The notes beneath the pieces are model-generated. The model saw only the letters and a program-made list of their open reading frames with translations. It was not told the origin of the DNA and did not search any database. A DNA stretch of 64,000 bases from Rhynchobatus australiae (lineage: Eukaryota), in NCBI GenBank assembly GCA_034780895.1, contig JAUZTB010000076.1, forward strand, positions 76,310,293-76,374,292. The letters are read 5' to 3'. Shown one piece after another: positions 1 through 12,845 of this stretch (positions are counted from its first letter, which is position 1; each line of letters opens with the position of its first letter). Position numbers and translations under genes: made by a program.

Positions 1-504
1 AGCAGCAAACTTGAATACATTGCATTTGGGGATTTGTGTCGATATCTAGGCCACTGTCTGCTGTGACTCCTGCATCAAAATAAAGGTATTAAGTGAAAAC
101 CAACTTGCTGTTGGAAATGCTATGGAACTTGCTGGGTCTCCTGCTGGTTTGCCAGCCGTGATTTTTGAGCTGCAGTTAGAAAGTCTGGCATCGGGCTGCC
201 ATTGTTCAAGGAATATGAAAAAGAACAGTGGATGAAACTGCTATAAGGTTCTCACCGAATAAAATAACTACTTTTATCATGTGGTTCCATCATCTAGACT
301 TAAATAATTTATTCAAGATAAAAATAAAAGTGAGTCTGTTTCCATATTAGGTTAGTATTTTTTTTAAACTGTGAAATGTAGGTGATGGACTGGAATATTG
401 CAAACTGTAAGAAAGGGATGACCTTTGTTTTAAACGGCCCTCTTGAAAAGAGAAGTTTAAGAGGAAACTCTGGACGTCTGGAGCTGCACGTACTGAAGAT
501 GTGA

Positions 505-800
505 GAATGGTAGTGTTGTGGTTAGCGTCACGCTTTACGGTGCCGGTGACCGGGGTTCGATTCCCGCTGCTGTCTGTAAGGAGTTTGTATGCTCTCCCCG
601 TGTCTGCGTGGGTTTCCTCCCGGTGCTCTGGTTCCCTCCCGCATTCCAAAGACGTACAGATTAGGAAGTTGTGGGCGTGCTATGTTGGCGCCGGAAGTGT
701 GGCGACATTTGCGGGCTGCCCCCAGAACACTATCCAAAAGATGCATTTCACTGTGTGTTTCGATGTACGTGTGACTAATAAAGATATCTTATCTTATAAA
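505..800 (+). mobile_element. tRNA-derived V-SINE, relatively intact
   Basis: A/B boxes (TGGTAGTGTTGTGG; GGTTCGATTCC), V-domain GTGGGTTTCCTCCCGGTGCTCTGGTTCCCTCCC, tail AATAAAGATATCTTATCTTAT. Confidence 0.85.
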
Positions 801-849
801 AAATGTTACAGGAACAGACAGTGCAGCGGATCTTAATTTCAGAACCAGC

Positions 850-1295
850 TGTGGTAGCGCTGGAGAGGGTACAGAGGAGATTCACCAGGATGTTGCCTGG
901 GATGGAGTGCTTCGTTTATGAGGAAAGACTGGACGGTTTGGGTTTGTTTTCCTTGGAGTGGAGACATGAGGGGGGACTTTTGATGGAGACGTAAAAGATT
1001 ATTAGGGGCATAGATGAAGCGGATGGTGAGAAATTTTCCCCATAAGAGAGGATATGTTTAAGGTGAGGGTTAGGATATTTTTTTCCCACCCAGAGGGTGA
1101 TTGCAATCTGGAACACACTGGTTAAGAAGGTGGTAGGACTCATGACATTTTAAGAAGTATCCGGGATAACACTTGAATTGCCAAGGCACAGAAGGCTACA
1201 GAACAGGTGCTGGGAAATGGGATTAGCATAGAAGGGGTGTGTGATGGGTTGGCATGGACATGGTGGGCCGAAGGGTCTGCTTTTGTGCTGTGTGG
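850..1295 (+). mobile_element. CR1 LINE 3' fragment
   Basis: ALERVQRRFTRMLPGM...YEERLDGLGLFSLE; tail GGGCCGAAGGG. Confidence 0.88.
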
Positions 1296-1644
1296 CGCCA
1301 AGAGCAAGCAAAACTTAATGGAGGAAAATAGAGGGGAATTCATAGAGATTTTCTCTGAAACAGGATCTATGTGGTACTGAACCTTAATCGGCACTCCTAG
1401 CAGTTACAAGCAAATAAACGTGCTATATAATTCAGTATATTATGTTTTTGATCTGAAACTTGAACATATAAATTACAAATTAGACCTATAGAAATACATT
1501 TTTAAAGACCCATGTTGAACAGAAGGCCCCAAAATAGTTCTGGAGGTTAGTAGTTTTCTAGGGGTTCTGTTGGCTCAATGGTAACTAGTTCAGCTTTCAG
1601 CTGGAAGTTTATAGGGGGAGAGATACTGAGTCTCAACCATTTTC

Positions 1645-1722
<78 letters not shown>
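1645..1722. repeat. Compound (TG)n(TA)n microsatellite
   Basis: Directly visible. Confidence 0.98.
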
Positions 1723-1725
<3 letters not shown>

Positions 1726-2374
1726 AGATTTCCATCAGAAACTTCCATGCCGGGTTCTGATGATCCAACGAGAAAGCTGTCAGCATTTACTGAAATATCA
1801 GTAACACTGCCTATGCCACTGTGATAACAGTCCAAAAGCGTGTTTGGAATTGCCAGAGTGCAGTCATTCAAACTGAAGTCCTGAATTTGCAACCATGCGC
1901 TTTGAGTCTCTGACCCACTGACAGATGTGTGGAGTGGGGGGGGGGGGGGGCGTTGGNNNNNNNNNNNNNNNNNNNNNNNNNNNNNNNNNNNNNNNNNNNN
2001 NNNNNNNNNNNNNNNNNNNNNNNNNNNNNNNNNNNNNNNNNNNNNNNNNNNNNNNNTGGGGTCGAATCTGTCACTGGACTCCACATGAAGTCCAATGATA
2101 GGGCCACGTCTTGCTGGGATTCCGGGGAATTGCCACTTGGATTACAATGAAGTTTGAAGACTGCAGATCAGTAGGCAAAGAGTAAGGTAAGTTTTTAATT
2201 ACTTTGTTTTAGTCTAATGACTTTAAACACACACAAGCACTTAGAGTTAATCTGGTTCTAAAAATCTTCATTGATTTCAGTTTTTGTAATTATTGACTTC
2301 AATTCTAATATTTTTAAATGTCTTTGAAAACCAGATATTTAAAAACTGCAACAGATTGAAGGGAAACTGTGACA

Positions 2375-2940
2375 GATTGAAGGGTCTCAACTCAAAATGT
2401 CAACTGCCCATTTCCCTCCATAGAAGCTGCCTGACCCGCTGAGTTCCTTCAGCATTTTGTGTGTTGCTCCAGATTTCCAGCACCTGCAGAATCTCTTGTG
2501 TCCCCAAATACTGGATGAACTCAGCAGATCAGATAGGAAATGTGGACTGGGAGACAGAGGGAGGATGGCCAGCATAAAAAAAAAGTGGAGGGAAAGGGTG
2601 GAACAAGAGCTTACCAGGTGATAGGAGGATCTGGGTGAGGGTGATAGGCAGATGGGAGAGTGGAGAATGGTGCCAGAAGCTGGGAGGAGATAGGTGGAAG
2701 TGACAAAGGGCCAAAGGTGGTAGAATCTGATAGGAGAGGAAGGTGGAGCATGGAATAAAGTCAAGGAGGTGGGGAGGGCAAATGGGAGTAACAGGGGGAG
2801 GGGAACTAGAGTATGTGGGCGATGGGCAGATGGAGAGAGTGGAGGAGGGGACAAGAGGCAGGGTGATGAGGGCCAAGTAGATCAGGAGGAGAGAGAAAAG
2901 GTACAGAGAGGGAGCAGTTTACCGGAAGTTGGTAACGATG
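2375..2940. mobile_element. Penelope-associated terminal repeats and purine-rich UTR
   Basis: GCTGCCTGACCCGCTGAGTTCCTTCAGCATTTTGTGTGTTGCTCCAGATTTCCAGCA plus a GA-rich tract. Confidence 0.65.
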
Positions 2941-3483
2941 TTGGGATTTCATATTTTGCGTTTAGCCAGCGTTCAATTGCAGTATCAGGCTGAGGGTCAT
3001 GTAAATTTGACTATGTTCTTCAAAAAAAGATTGCTGCAGGGAAGTATGCAGTAAAAAAGATAAAGTGAAAAGTGGTGTTTTTCCTAGACCTAGGTGCCTG
3101 CTATGAACCTGGCTTCCCCCTACACCCCTAACCAGCAATTCATGTTTTGTAAAAATGCCTCATCCCTCTCCATCTGTTCACCTTCCAGCCAGTGCAGCAC
3201 TTTGAAGCCAGCTGCTTTAAAAGGGGATTTAATTGGATCTGTGCATGTGCATGTAATTATCTCATGCCTTCAACCCTGTTTCATCAGGAACTGCACTTGG
3301 GTCTCACCTCCCTGTGTGTCAAGCTGCAATAATCCAACAAGAACTTTAAAAAAAAATCAGAGACCTGATCTCCACANNNNNNNNNNNNNNNNNNNNNNNN
3401 NNNNNNNNNNNNNNNNNNNNNNNNNNNNNNNNNNNNNNNNNNNNNNNNNNNNNNNNNNNNNNNNNNNNNNNNNNNNNNNNNNN

Positions 3484-3835
3484 ATGAGAGGCAATCACAC
3501 TGAATTGTCCAAAATCCATACAGCCCATGAAGTGGTAGATGCAGGGATGACGTTTGCACTGGCTGTGTCAGGAACCACAGTCTTAAAGTAAGGGGTAGGC
3601 CGTCCGGGATTAAGATGAGAAGGAATTTCTTTACCCGGAGGGCGGTGAACCTGTAGAATTCGCTACCCAAGAGAGCCATGGAGACTTGTTCACTGAGTAT
3701 GTTCAATAGACATGGGCATGCTGGGAATCGAAGGATGCAGGGCAGTGTGAGAAAGTGGTGTTGGGTTAAAGATAAACTATGATCTTCGTGAATGGGAGAA
3801 AAAGCACGAGGGAGCACGCCTGCTTCTGTTTCTTG
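3484..3835 (+). mobile_element. CR1 3' fragment
   Basis: GATGAGAAGGAATTTCTTTACCCGGAGGGCGGTGAACCTGT 3' motif. Confidence 0.75.
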
Positions 3836-4687
3836 TGCGCTAGGACCAACCACGTGTTATCACAATGACAACATCAGGTAGAGGCTGAAGATTTCTCTGA
3901 GGACTAGGATCAGATTAGACCACAGGCTGCTATGACCAGGGTGGGAGGTTATTAGCAATTGGAGGTGGCACTGACGAGGGTGGGCGGTGGTAGTCGAAGG
4001 GCGAGGGTCGGGGCAGCCTCGCTTCAGGAGACAGTAAGCGGTTGGCAGGTGGAGAGCAGGGGAGACCAAGCATCGGGAGGGTTGGGGGTCAGGGTCTGGT
4101 GGGCGAGCAGGGGCTTCCAGCGGGAAAGGAAGGTGGAGGGGGCTAACAGTGAAGGGGGTGTGCTACTGGAGAAGGGCAGGGGGAGTGGGGTAAACCGAGG
4201 GAGGTCGTGGGAGGGTGTGGCAGAGTTTCATTGACTAAGAGGAGAGACTGGGAAGGGATCAGCTGGGGACAGATGACGGCCAGAGTCAAGTAAGAGAGTG
4301 TGGGCAAGATTGTGTGTTTGTGCCTGTTTGGTCTGGTCAGTCTGCATCTGTGCATATGTATCCATATACATGTTTGCATTAAGTGTGCAGTGGAGTCTGA
4401 TCTCCAGTGGTCTTGGACCTCCTTACCATTGGACCAAAACCTCAATCTGTCAAGTCCATGTGGAAGCTTCCATGGAATGGCTCATCTCTGTCGGCATATC
4501 TCCCCCTTGTCAGAAATAAAGTGGAAGTAGGTCATTCTCGACGTTACAGAAGAGAAAAAAAAGAGCAGTGCTGGGGAGAGCAAGGGGGCCAGAACAATAC
4601 TTTTTGACTATTTAAATTTTGTCCAAACAACCTTTGGCATTGTTCAACCTACTGTGTTGGAATCAGACAACTCCCAGCCTGCAGGAG

Positions 4688-4945
4688 GCAGAGTGGTGCA
4701 GCTAGTTGAGCTGCCACCTCACAGCTTTAGTGACCGGGTTCAATCCTGACCTCCACTCCTGTCTGTGGGATGCTTACACGTTCTCCCACCACAAAAGACA
4801 TATGGGTTGGTAGGTTAATAGTCCATTGTAAATTGCCACTAGTCTGTGCCAGTGAGGGAAATGTAGGGAGAGTAAATTGGGATGGTGTAAATGCTGCTTG
4901 ATGGTCAGAGATCACCAGGTGGGCTGAGGAGCCTATTTCTGTGAA
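4688..4945 (+). mobile_element. HE1-like V-SINE (internally deleted)
   Basis: tRNA head GGGTTCAATCCTGACCTC and TGTAAATTGCC domain. Confidence 0.75.
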
Positions 4946-5129
4946 TATAGAATAGAACATAGAGCAGCAAAGCACAAGAAGAGGTTCTTCAATCCATTCT
5001 GTCTGTGCTGCCAAACTAATCCCATCTGCCTGCATGTTGTCCCTATCCCTCCATTCCCTGCCTGTTCAGGTGCCTGTCCTAATGCCTCTTAAATGTTGCT
5101 ATTGTAACATGCTCTGTGACTATGACTCT

Positions 5130-5780
5130 TAACTTTATGGGCGACCCAGAAGCCTACCATTAATTGGCACTGTGTGCTAATATTGGAGGGAATGAATGTT
5201 TAGGGTGGTGGACAGAGTGCTAATCAAGTGGGCCGCTGTTTCTGGTGTTGAGCTTCTTGAGCGTTGTTGGGGCTGCACTCAAACAGGTGAGCACGGAGTA
5301 TTTCATCATGATCCTGATGTGTCGTACGGATGGTGAGAAGGCTCTGGGGTGGCAGGAGGCGAGTCACCACCTCTGACCTGTTTTTGAAGCTGGGATAAAT
5401 AAGTTAAGCTTCTGGTCACCTGTGACCCCCATGATTTTGATGCTGAGGGTGTTGATTGTGGTGCAGTCATCAGTAAACATCTCCATTCCTGATTAAGTTG
5501 GAATGAATGTCACTGATGAATAAAGGAGCTTTAGATGGTTGGACCTCCACCACCTCCCTGAGGAATTCCTGCGATGATATCCTGGGGCTTTGATGAATGA
5601 CCAACAACCACAACCATCTTCCCTTGTGCGAGGTCTGACAAAGGCTGTTATAGAGTGTTTGCCCTTGGCTACCAATTGACCTTGGTTTGACCAGGACCCC
5701 TCGCTGTGACACATGGGCAAATGCTGCCTTGATGCCAAGGGCAGACACTGGCCCCTGACAGCTGGAACTCAGCTCACTGC
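5130..5780 (-). mobile_element. CR1/L2-group LINE RT remnant (related pieces at ~52440-53350 and 63100-63570, + strand)
   Basis: Shared CCACTTGCCTGGAT...GCAGC...CCACTTGAT.GGCA segment; decayed GVPQGS-like region. Confidence 0.5.
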
Positions 5781-5799
5781 TCCAGCTTTGGACCAAGGC

Positions 5800-6330
5800 T
5801 GTGACAAAGTCGGGGTTCCTGGCGAAGCCCACACCCGGGGCACTGGTGCGGCGCAAGTGGCGACACGTAGCACCGTCCACGATGACTGGCAGGAGATGAG
5901 CGGCGGTGCAGGACTGGGTTTGGCCGCCTGCCGTTTTGCAGCCTGCCCACTGGAGGTCGCTGTTGGCGCCATATCGCCACCTGGCGGCGCCCGGGGCCGC
6001 CTGCAAGCCGGAGCGCCGCTCGGGAGCCGGGAAGGGCGAGAGAGAGACGGAGCCACCGGGCTGGCCCCGGGCACTGACAGTCGGTGGCAGCGCCGCCACC
6101 CGGGCTCGCCCACGACGCGGCGGCTGTGCTCGGTCGATTGGGCGCCTGCAGGAGCGGGTGTCTGCGGGTGTGGGACCATCCGCCGGGCAGCTGTCGGAGG
6201 GAGAGGGGCGGGGCGGGGGGTGTGAGCAATGGACCTTGAGAAAATCTGCGGGAGCCGCTGGGAGGGAGGGAGTTAGTGAGCGGGGGGCCGGACTCGACCC
6301 GCCTGTGGCCACCACCTCACACTTTACCTC
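5800..6330. promoter_or_regulatory. CpG island / probable promoter of the SAMD5-like exon
   Basis: Very GC- and CpG-rich against a CpG-poor background; GC boxes GGGGCGGGGCGGGG at ~6205-6220. Confidence 0.75.
5947..5988. promoter_or_regulatory. Two convergent CTCF-like motifs
   Basis: CCACTGGAGGTCGC on + (5947-5960) and GCCGCCAGGTGGCGA on - (5974-5988) resemble the CTCF core CCACCAGGGGGCGC. Confidence 0.45.
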
Positions 6331-6652
6331 GGCTGTAGCCTCGATCCTAAACACCACCACCCCCACCCCCAACCCAAACTGGACCCTCAGTCCTCCTTTC
6401 TGTCCCATTCCCAACCCTGATCCCGTCCACAACCATCCCAGTCCCAGGGTCCATTCCTCATCCCAACCCTGTCCCACATATCAATCCTCACCCCGAGCCT
6501 ATCCCCAATTTCGTTCCCCGTCCAAGACCGTCACACTCCCAATTCCCATTCCCGATCCTCATCCCGGTCGGAATTGTGTTCCGAGCCTTTAATCTCAGTT
6601 CCCGTCCTTAACCCGTCCCAGGTCACTCGTTACTGAATCCCCTTTTGCCTCA

Positions 6653-7126
6653 ATGGGTACTAACATCGTGCTGGAGTGGCTAAAGAGCCTGAAGTTGGCT
6701 CAGTACGGTGAATCCTTCTTGGACAACGGCTACGATGACCTGGAGGTCTGTAAACAGATTGGGGAGCCAGATCTGGACGCTATTGGGGTTGAGAGTCCCG
6801 GGCACCGTCATCTCATCAAAGCGGCTGTAGCCCGGCTCCGGGAGGAGGAGGAAACCGGCGCGGTGGTCTACTTCACTTTGGAGCCGTGGGCTGGAGCCCT
6901 TTGCCAGCCCTACATTTATGCCAAGCTGAAGGAATGCCAGCCTCGGCTCAGGACCCTGCTGTGGAGGAGAACCCGAGGCGCCAGTAGGGAAATGCAGAAT
7001 GCCATGGGATCGAAAAGGAGAGCAGGCCATAAGAAGAGGGTAATTTGTTCCAAACTCATGTTGAAGATCAAAGAAAAGCGGCGGCGGAGCGGCAGTTATT
7101 TGCGGAAATTTCCTTATTACAACAAG
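6653..7126 (+). CDS. SAMD5: SAMD5-like SAM-domain protein, first coding exon (paralog identity uncertain)
   Basis: [46 protein letters not shown]...YFTLEP matches the SAMD5 N-terminal SAM domain ([46 protein letters not shown]). The end [11 protein letters not shown]...FPYYNK resembles SAMD5 YPKLKLKIMIRDK...PPYSRK. Donor AAG|GTGGGT at 7126/7127, phase 0 (158 codons). Unspliced, the ORF stops at 7156. Confidence 0.9.
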
Positions 7127-7654
7127 GTGGGTGATGAGGTGGGAAAGGAGTCTTAAGTGACTATGTTTTGTGAGGATAGCTGCGGGTGCCAACATAACAA
7201 GTGCAACAGAGTAGGTTACCCCTAAAGGCGGACTGATCAGTGAAGGTTGTTATAAGGTGGTGAGAGTGTTTTTATCTTTTTACATGGGCTGTAGAATGGG
7301 ATGTACATTTAGAGGGGCATGACCCCGTGGAGAGATGGCTGTATTGTGTGGAGCAGCCACATAAGAATATTCTGAACTGTACTCACGATGAGCAGATGGG
7401 AGTTACAGTTCTGTGGGAATGTGACTCTTCTTCAAAAGATACAGGAATCTGTAAGGTACTTCTACGTAACAATGTACAAATTTGTCTTGTGTTTGAAGTT
7501 CTGTGGGCATTTGTAGGAAATACAGGAGATTGTCCAGCAATTGACTGTACTACAATGCAGAAGGAATATATGGGTAGGTCCAGCCAGATAGAAATACAAA
7601 ATGCTGCTCAGCAATTAAATGTACACAGAATATAGGGATGCAATGAGTTCTGCA

Positions 7655-8010
7655 TAGCAAGATATGAAATAGGAGCAGGGCGAGCCCATTTGGCCCTTCA
7701 AGCTTGCTCTACTGGTTGTTGAGATCATATGAAGTGGCTCTGTTACCTCAGCACTTTCCCATATCCCACGTCTCTTGATTCTCTTAATGGCTAGAAATCT
7801 ATCCATCTGTGTTTTGAATGAGTATGATTGGTGAGCCTGCACAGCCCTCAAACCTTTCAAGTTCACCTCTCTTTGAGAGAGGAAATCTCGCTCCTGAATG
7901 GCCTACCCCTCAATTCTCAAACTGGACCCTCTGGTCTGAGACTCCTCATTCATCTCACCTATAAAACCCTGTAAGAATTTTGTATGTTTGAACGGATAAA
8001 TGGAAGCATC
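7655..8010 (-). mobile_element. CR1 3' fragment
   Basis: AAATAGGAGCAGG...CCATTTGGCCCTTCAAGC is the reverse-complement tail. Confidence 0.7.
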
Positions 8011-9974
8011 CAAGTATTTAAGTATTGTGAGCATACGGAGGAATCAATTGTATGTTTAAGTTCCAAGCGGGTACATAACAGACCTTCAGATATAAGGTTT
8101 ATGTGGTGTTTTGACTGAGTGTTCAGTATACACTGATGATGCCAGCAGAGACTTGAGACACTGATTTTTTTTTCATTGAAATAGAGAACACTTAGAGGAA
8201 CTTCAGTGGAAGTTTTATTTTAAAGGGTGTGGGAAGAATGGCTGAGGTGCCAGTGATGAGACCTTGAGATTAAAGTGAGTAAACAGATGAGAGAAGATTT
8301 CACTCTGAGTTGACAGAGTGCAGAATTTTTAGCTACAGGGAGAGGTTGTTTGCATGGATTAATATTTGAAGCAGGGCAAGATACACTGATTGGGAGAGCA
8401 TTGGATTAGTTTTAGGCTGCTCCAGCAAAGAACGGCATGGACACTTGGAAATGAATGGCTTTCCATTCTACAAATCTCGATAATTCCACAGGGATATAGT
8501 TTGGCATCAGCCACATATTCGTGTTTTGTTAAATATTTAATTCCCATAGGGATATATTGCCAAACAATTTTTTTCTGCAAAGTTGACATGTTTTGGGCTC
8601 TGTATCTCTCTAAAGAACTCTAATAATACAGATTTAGATTGACTGCAGTTTAGTGGGGTAGGTCATTGCTATAAACCTGAAGGGAAAAGCATAGTCATGC
8701 TCTCAATTGATTTACTCTTGATAAAATCTGGACAGAGATCGCAAGGGGAAAGCCAGGAACTAGGAGCCATTGAGAATCTATCCCTAAACGTAAATGAATT
8801 CCAAGCATTTCAATCGTATTTTTAGGGGCAAAAGTGCTGACAAATCTCCGGGTGTTAAATATCCTTGAAGTGAGAGAAAAAAAAATCATTGACATTATTC
8901 CAGGCTCAGTATATTCTTCACATAGCTTGTCCAAGAGAGCCTGACTCCTTTCATTCAGGTTGTTTCAGGAACGTGTCAACAAAATGTTTCCCACATTTTG
9001 CCCGACAAGTGATGTATTTGTTGTTTTGTAATTATGATGTTCTACCCTGGCCATTTTGGTAACGGTGCAGAATATGGAGGTGCTTTGCAGTGAATTGTGC
9101 AGGAAAGGTGGCTGAAGGTTATAATTGCTGGCGATTTAAAAATAGTCAAACTTGTGCCGTGCTCAGCACCACAGCACCCAATGGGCATGATTTTTTTTTA
9201 TTCTGCAAATGCTTCATCTTTCAAACATGCTCAATATTCTGGAGATCACGATCCTATGTCAATCATGGAAATTGGCAATTTTTGCTCAGCTGGCCCTGTT
9301 ACCTAGGTAACCCTTCCCTAGCAGCATATTATGTGTGCCTGACAACCAGTTTGACACTGAATTGGAAATTGAAAGTGACCCCTTGTTACACCGAAGCCAG
9401 GGAAAGTTGGCAGAGTGCTGAAATGATTGGCATTTGAAGGAAAATTGTGCATTGTGTTAAAGAAAGTGCTTTCAATTATTTCTTTTTATTGTGGGCCAGC
9501 ATAATTGTTTTAATTCTATTTGCAAATAAATTTATAAAAAAAATCATTTGAATGAACATGGCAGGCATTTCAAAGACACTCACCACGGAACCTCTGAAGA
9601 TGCAAAGTTCAAGGGAACACAATAGATTCTGAAAGCCTGATTAAAATTAAATTATATTATATAACAGCATAATCTAAGGAAGATAATGTGACGGTGTGAA
9701 GATATGTTCTGACAGCAGTTTGTCTAATTTTAAAACCAACCCCTGAGGGAGGTAATGTTCAGGTTTCAAAGAGTCTCCAGAGACAGAATTTGGAAATCAT
9801 ACGGTGTCAGCTGAAAAAACGTAACATAGGCACAAAAGTAAAATACTGCAGGGGTTGGAAGTCTGAAATAAGAATCGGAAGTGTGTGAAATGCTCAGCAG
9901 GTTAATCAGCGTCTGCAGAGAGAGAAGCAGTGTTAATGCTTTAGGTCTATGATCTTTCATCGGGATTGAGACTA

Positions 9975-11140
9975 TGGAAATGTGACCATAACTCCTCAGG
10001 GTGTTAATATGGATATGTTGTAGTATCTTCTGAAAGTGAGTATGTAGTCATTTGGCAGTATCTCCTGGAAGATAACGTGGAAATATTGCAGTTCCTCCTG
10101 AGGGATCGGGTAGAAATCTCCCACCATCTGCTGGGTGATGAAGAGATGATGCAGAATTGTTTGAGAAAGGTTATGTGGTAATGAGATAATGTGAAAATAT
10201 TGCCATATTTTATGAGAGGAAGGCTGCATAAATAATAGAGAAGACACAGAAATGTTATACTTTTCTGACTGTAATGCAGAAATAATGCAATATCTCCTGA
10301 GAAAGTCTGAGTGTAAACGTGACAAGTTCAGTGAAGGATCAAGTAGAAATAATACACCGGCTCTTGAGAGGTAACCTTGAAATATTACAGTATTCCTTTT
10401 GTTAACGTGAAAGTTACGGAGTAGCTCCTTCGAGAGAATATGGAAATAATACTTTCTCTTGAGAGATATAGCATGAAAATATGAAAGAGATCTTATGTAA
10501 ATGTGACAAATGTGCCTGTCATATTGTAATATTGTAATATTTCCTGCAGGTTAATGAGGGAGTACGACTGTATCTCCTGACAGATCTAATGTTGTAAAGG
10601 ATACTGTGTCCGCCAAGCGATAATGTAGGAATGTTACAGTATCTCCTGAGAAGTAATTTGGAAATGCCATAATACCACCTGAGAAAGATAATGTAGTCAT
10701 GTGATGTGACAGCCTGGGAATCCATGTGGAAATATTGTGGTATCACACAAGAGAGAGATGGTGAAAATGTTCAGCAAGTCGGGAGGGGAATAATGTTGAA
10801 CTGTTACAGTATCTCCTGAGACAGACAGACAACTCCTTTCTGAAAGAGATGATGTGGAATTGATAGTATCCTGAGAGATAATGTTAAAATAATACAGCAT
10901 CCCCTGAGAATATTCCCAGGCAAATGTGACAATACGTGAGATGAGAGACCACGTCGAAAGTGATATGGTGTCTCTTGGGGAAATTATATTGAAATATTAA
11001 AATAATTGGAGTCACCTGGAGATATTATAGCAAGAATTGCAGCAATTTTTCTGGTGTTATGTGGAAATCATGCAATCTCTTAAGAGAGATGTGGCAATGT
11101 TGCCCCATTTCCAGAGAGATCATCAGGAAATTGTACAGTA
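9975..11140. repeat. Degenerate ~35-bp minisatellite array (family A)
   Basis: Repeated variants of ATGTGGAAATGTGACAGTATCTCCTGAGAGAGATA. Confidence 0.8.
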
Positions 11141-11299
11141 CATTCTGAAAGCCATGGGGTCAAAATATGATGGCAAAGGCTCCTCACTAGGATTCTGTGA
11201 TGAGATCCATCAACTTTCATCACCCTCTTTATTGCATTAATAACAACTATTTCTTATAAGTACAAAATTCACTTGAGAATTCAGTGTGTTCAGGAAGTT

Positions 11300-11765
11300 T
11301 CCTGCCCCATGTAAGTGGGCAAAAACTTCAGTCTGTGTCTTTGTTCTTGATGATGCCAGGCCAAATGCCTCAAGCCACTTCTGTTATTTTTAGACTCTTC
11401 CAGATAGCCAAAGATCTCGAGTGAGCTCGAATGTAAGGTATGTAGGAACAAAACAGTCTGATTCTGTAAAATATTTTGTGGTTTCCACAGTCCTTGCTGT
11501 AACCCAAAATCTCCCTTCTTTATTGCTGACATGATTTTTTTTCCCCAAAAAATATACTTTATTCATTGTATGTACAGTTGATACAGTTCGGATGTGTCAT
11601 CATCTGCATTCATGATAAAAGCAATTCAACACATTCCCTCACAGTGCGTCAACACCACTAATGTTTCCTGCTTCAACATTGGATCAGTGAAGTGTTTGAG
11701 AGGCATTTACACTGGGCTCAGCCCCTCAGTACCCAGTAGTAGCAGGACCCCAGACTGTGGTAGTT
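11300..11765 (-). mobile_element. L1/Tx1-like remnants
   Basis: Reverse-complement 3' end (TTTTTTCCCCAAAAAATATACTTTATTCAT) and Tx1-like terminus. Confidence 0.4.
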
Positions 11766-12203
11766 GCTCACATGAAATACTTCAATGGATTCACTTTCAT
11801 GATTGATTTGATTTCTTTTTGCTGGATGTTGCTTTCCAGGACCCACCTCCCCTACTCCTCCTTTCTCTGGTGACAGGATTAGCAATTCCAGAAGTAGCTA
11901 ACAGTGCTTTGTGCAGGTCAGATCTCCTCGCTGCTTTCAAAGGCCAGGCAACAATTTCTCCTTTGCCTTGCAACTGTGATGTCCTCAAGCTGGTTCAGCA
12001 GCCAATCAAACTGGGGAATTCTCTCAAACAGCAAACCAGGAAGCAATCGACTTTGTAAATATTATGCAGAGTTCCAGATAAATATTAGAACACGCAGTCA
12101 AAGCAGAAGCTCAATTTTTTTTTAAAGTTAACATTTATTTATCGTACATTAATGTCCCTTGTATTTTGGAACATTTATGGAAGGTAATATTTATCTTGGG
12201 ATC

Positions 12204-12455
12204 GCACGGTTGTGCAGCAGTTTCTGTTGCTGCCTTGCAACTCCAGGGACCCAGGTTCCATCCTGATCTCGGTTGCTGTCTGTGTGGAGTTTGCATGTTT
12301 GCCCAGTGACTGCCTGGGTTTCCCCCGGGTGCTCCGGTTTGCTCCCATACCGCAAAGATGTGCTGGTCGATTAATGAGCTACTGTAAATAGCCCCTGGTA
12401 CAGATAGGTGGGGGTAGAATTAGGGGGAGATTTATGGGCTAGTGAGAGAGAATAG
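12204..12455 (+). mobile_element. HE1-like V-SINE
   Basis: tRNA head, GCTGTCTGTGTGGAGTTTGCA, V-domain. Confidence 0.8.
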
Positions 12456-12469
12456 ATAACTGAGAAGTA

Positions 12470-12845
12470 GAACAGTACAGCAGAGGAACAGGCTGTTATG
12501 CCCATATTGTTGTGCTGAACTAGTTAAGTTAATGACACCCAATCCCTTCTGCCTGCACGTGGTCCATATCCCTCCATTCCCTGCATATTCATGTGCCTCT
12601 TAAATGCCTCTATTGTATCTCACTCCACTACCACCCCAGGCATTGCCTTCCAGGCACCCATCACTCTCTGTGAAAAATGAAACTTGCCCTGCACATCTCC
12701 TTTGAACTTTCTCCCTCTCATCTTAAACTCATGCCCTCTAGTATTAGACATTTGAACCCTGGGAAAAAGATACCGGCTGTCTACTCTCCCTGTGCCTCTC
12801 ATAATCTTATAAACTTCTATCAGATCTCCCCTCAGCCTCTGCTCC
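12470..12845 (-). mobile_element. CR1 3' fragment
   Basis: MRGTGRVDSRYLFPRVQMSNTRGHEFK...FSQRVMGAW. Confidence 0.88.

Noticed and set aside
505-580. tRNA gene
   Set aside because: A/B boxes belong to a SINE head that continues into a V-domain; no full cloverleaf.
2090-2200. Donor-like AAG|GTAAGT followed by an AT-rich tract (similar at ~13745 minus, 16858, 21945, 25022, 52402)
   Set aside because: No acceptor or coding homology; the recurring layout suggests decayed repeats.
5470-6592. Long overlapping ORFs (335, 228, 170 aa)
   Set aside because: Pro/Arg/Ala/Gly-rich products of a CpG island plus a LINE remnant; no recognisable domain.
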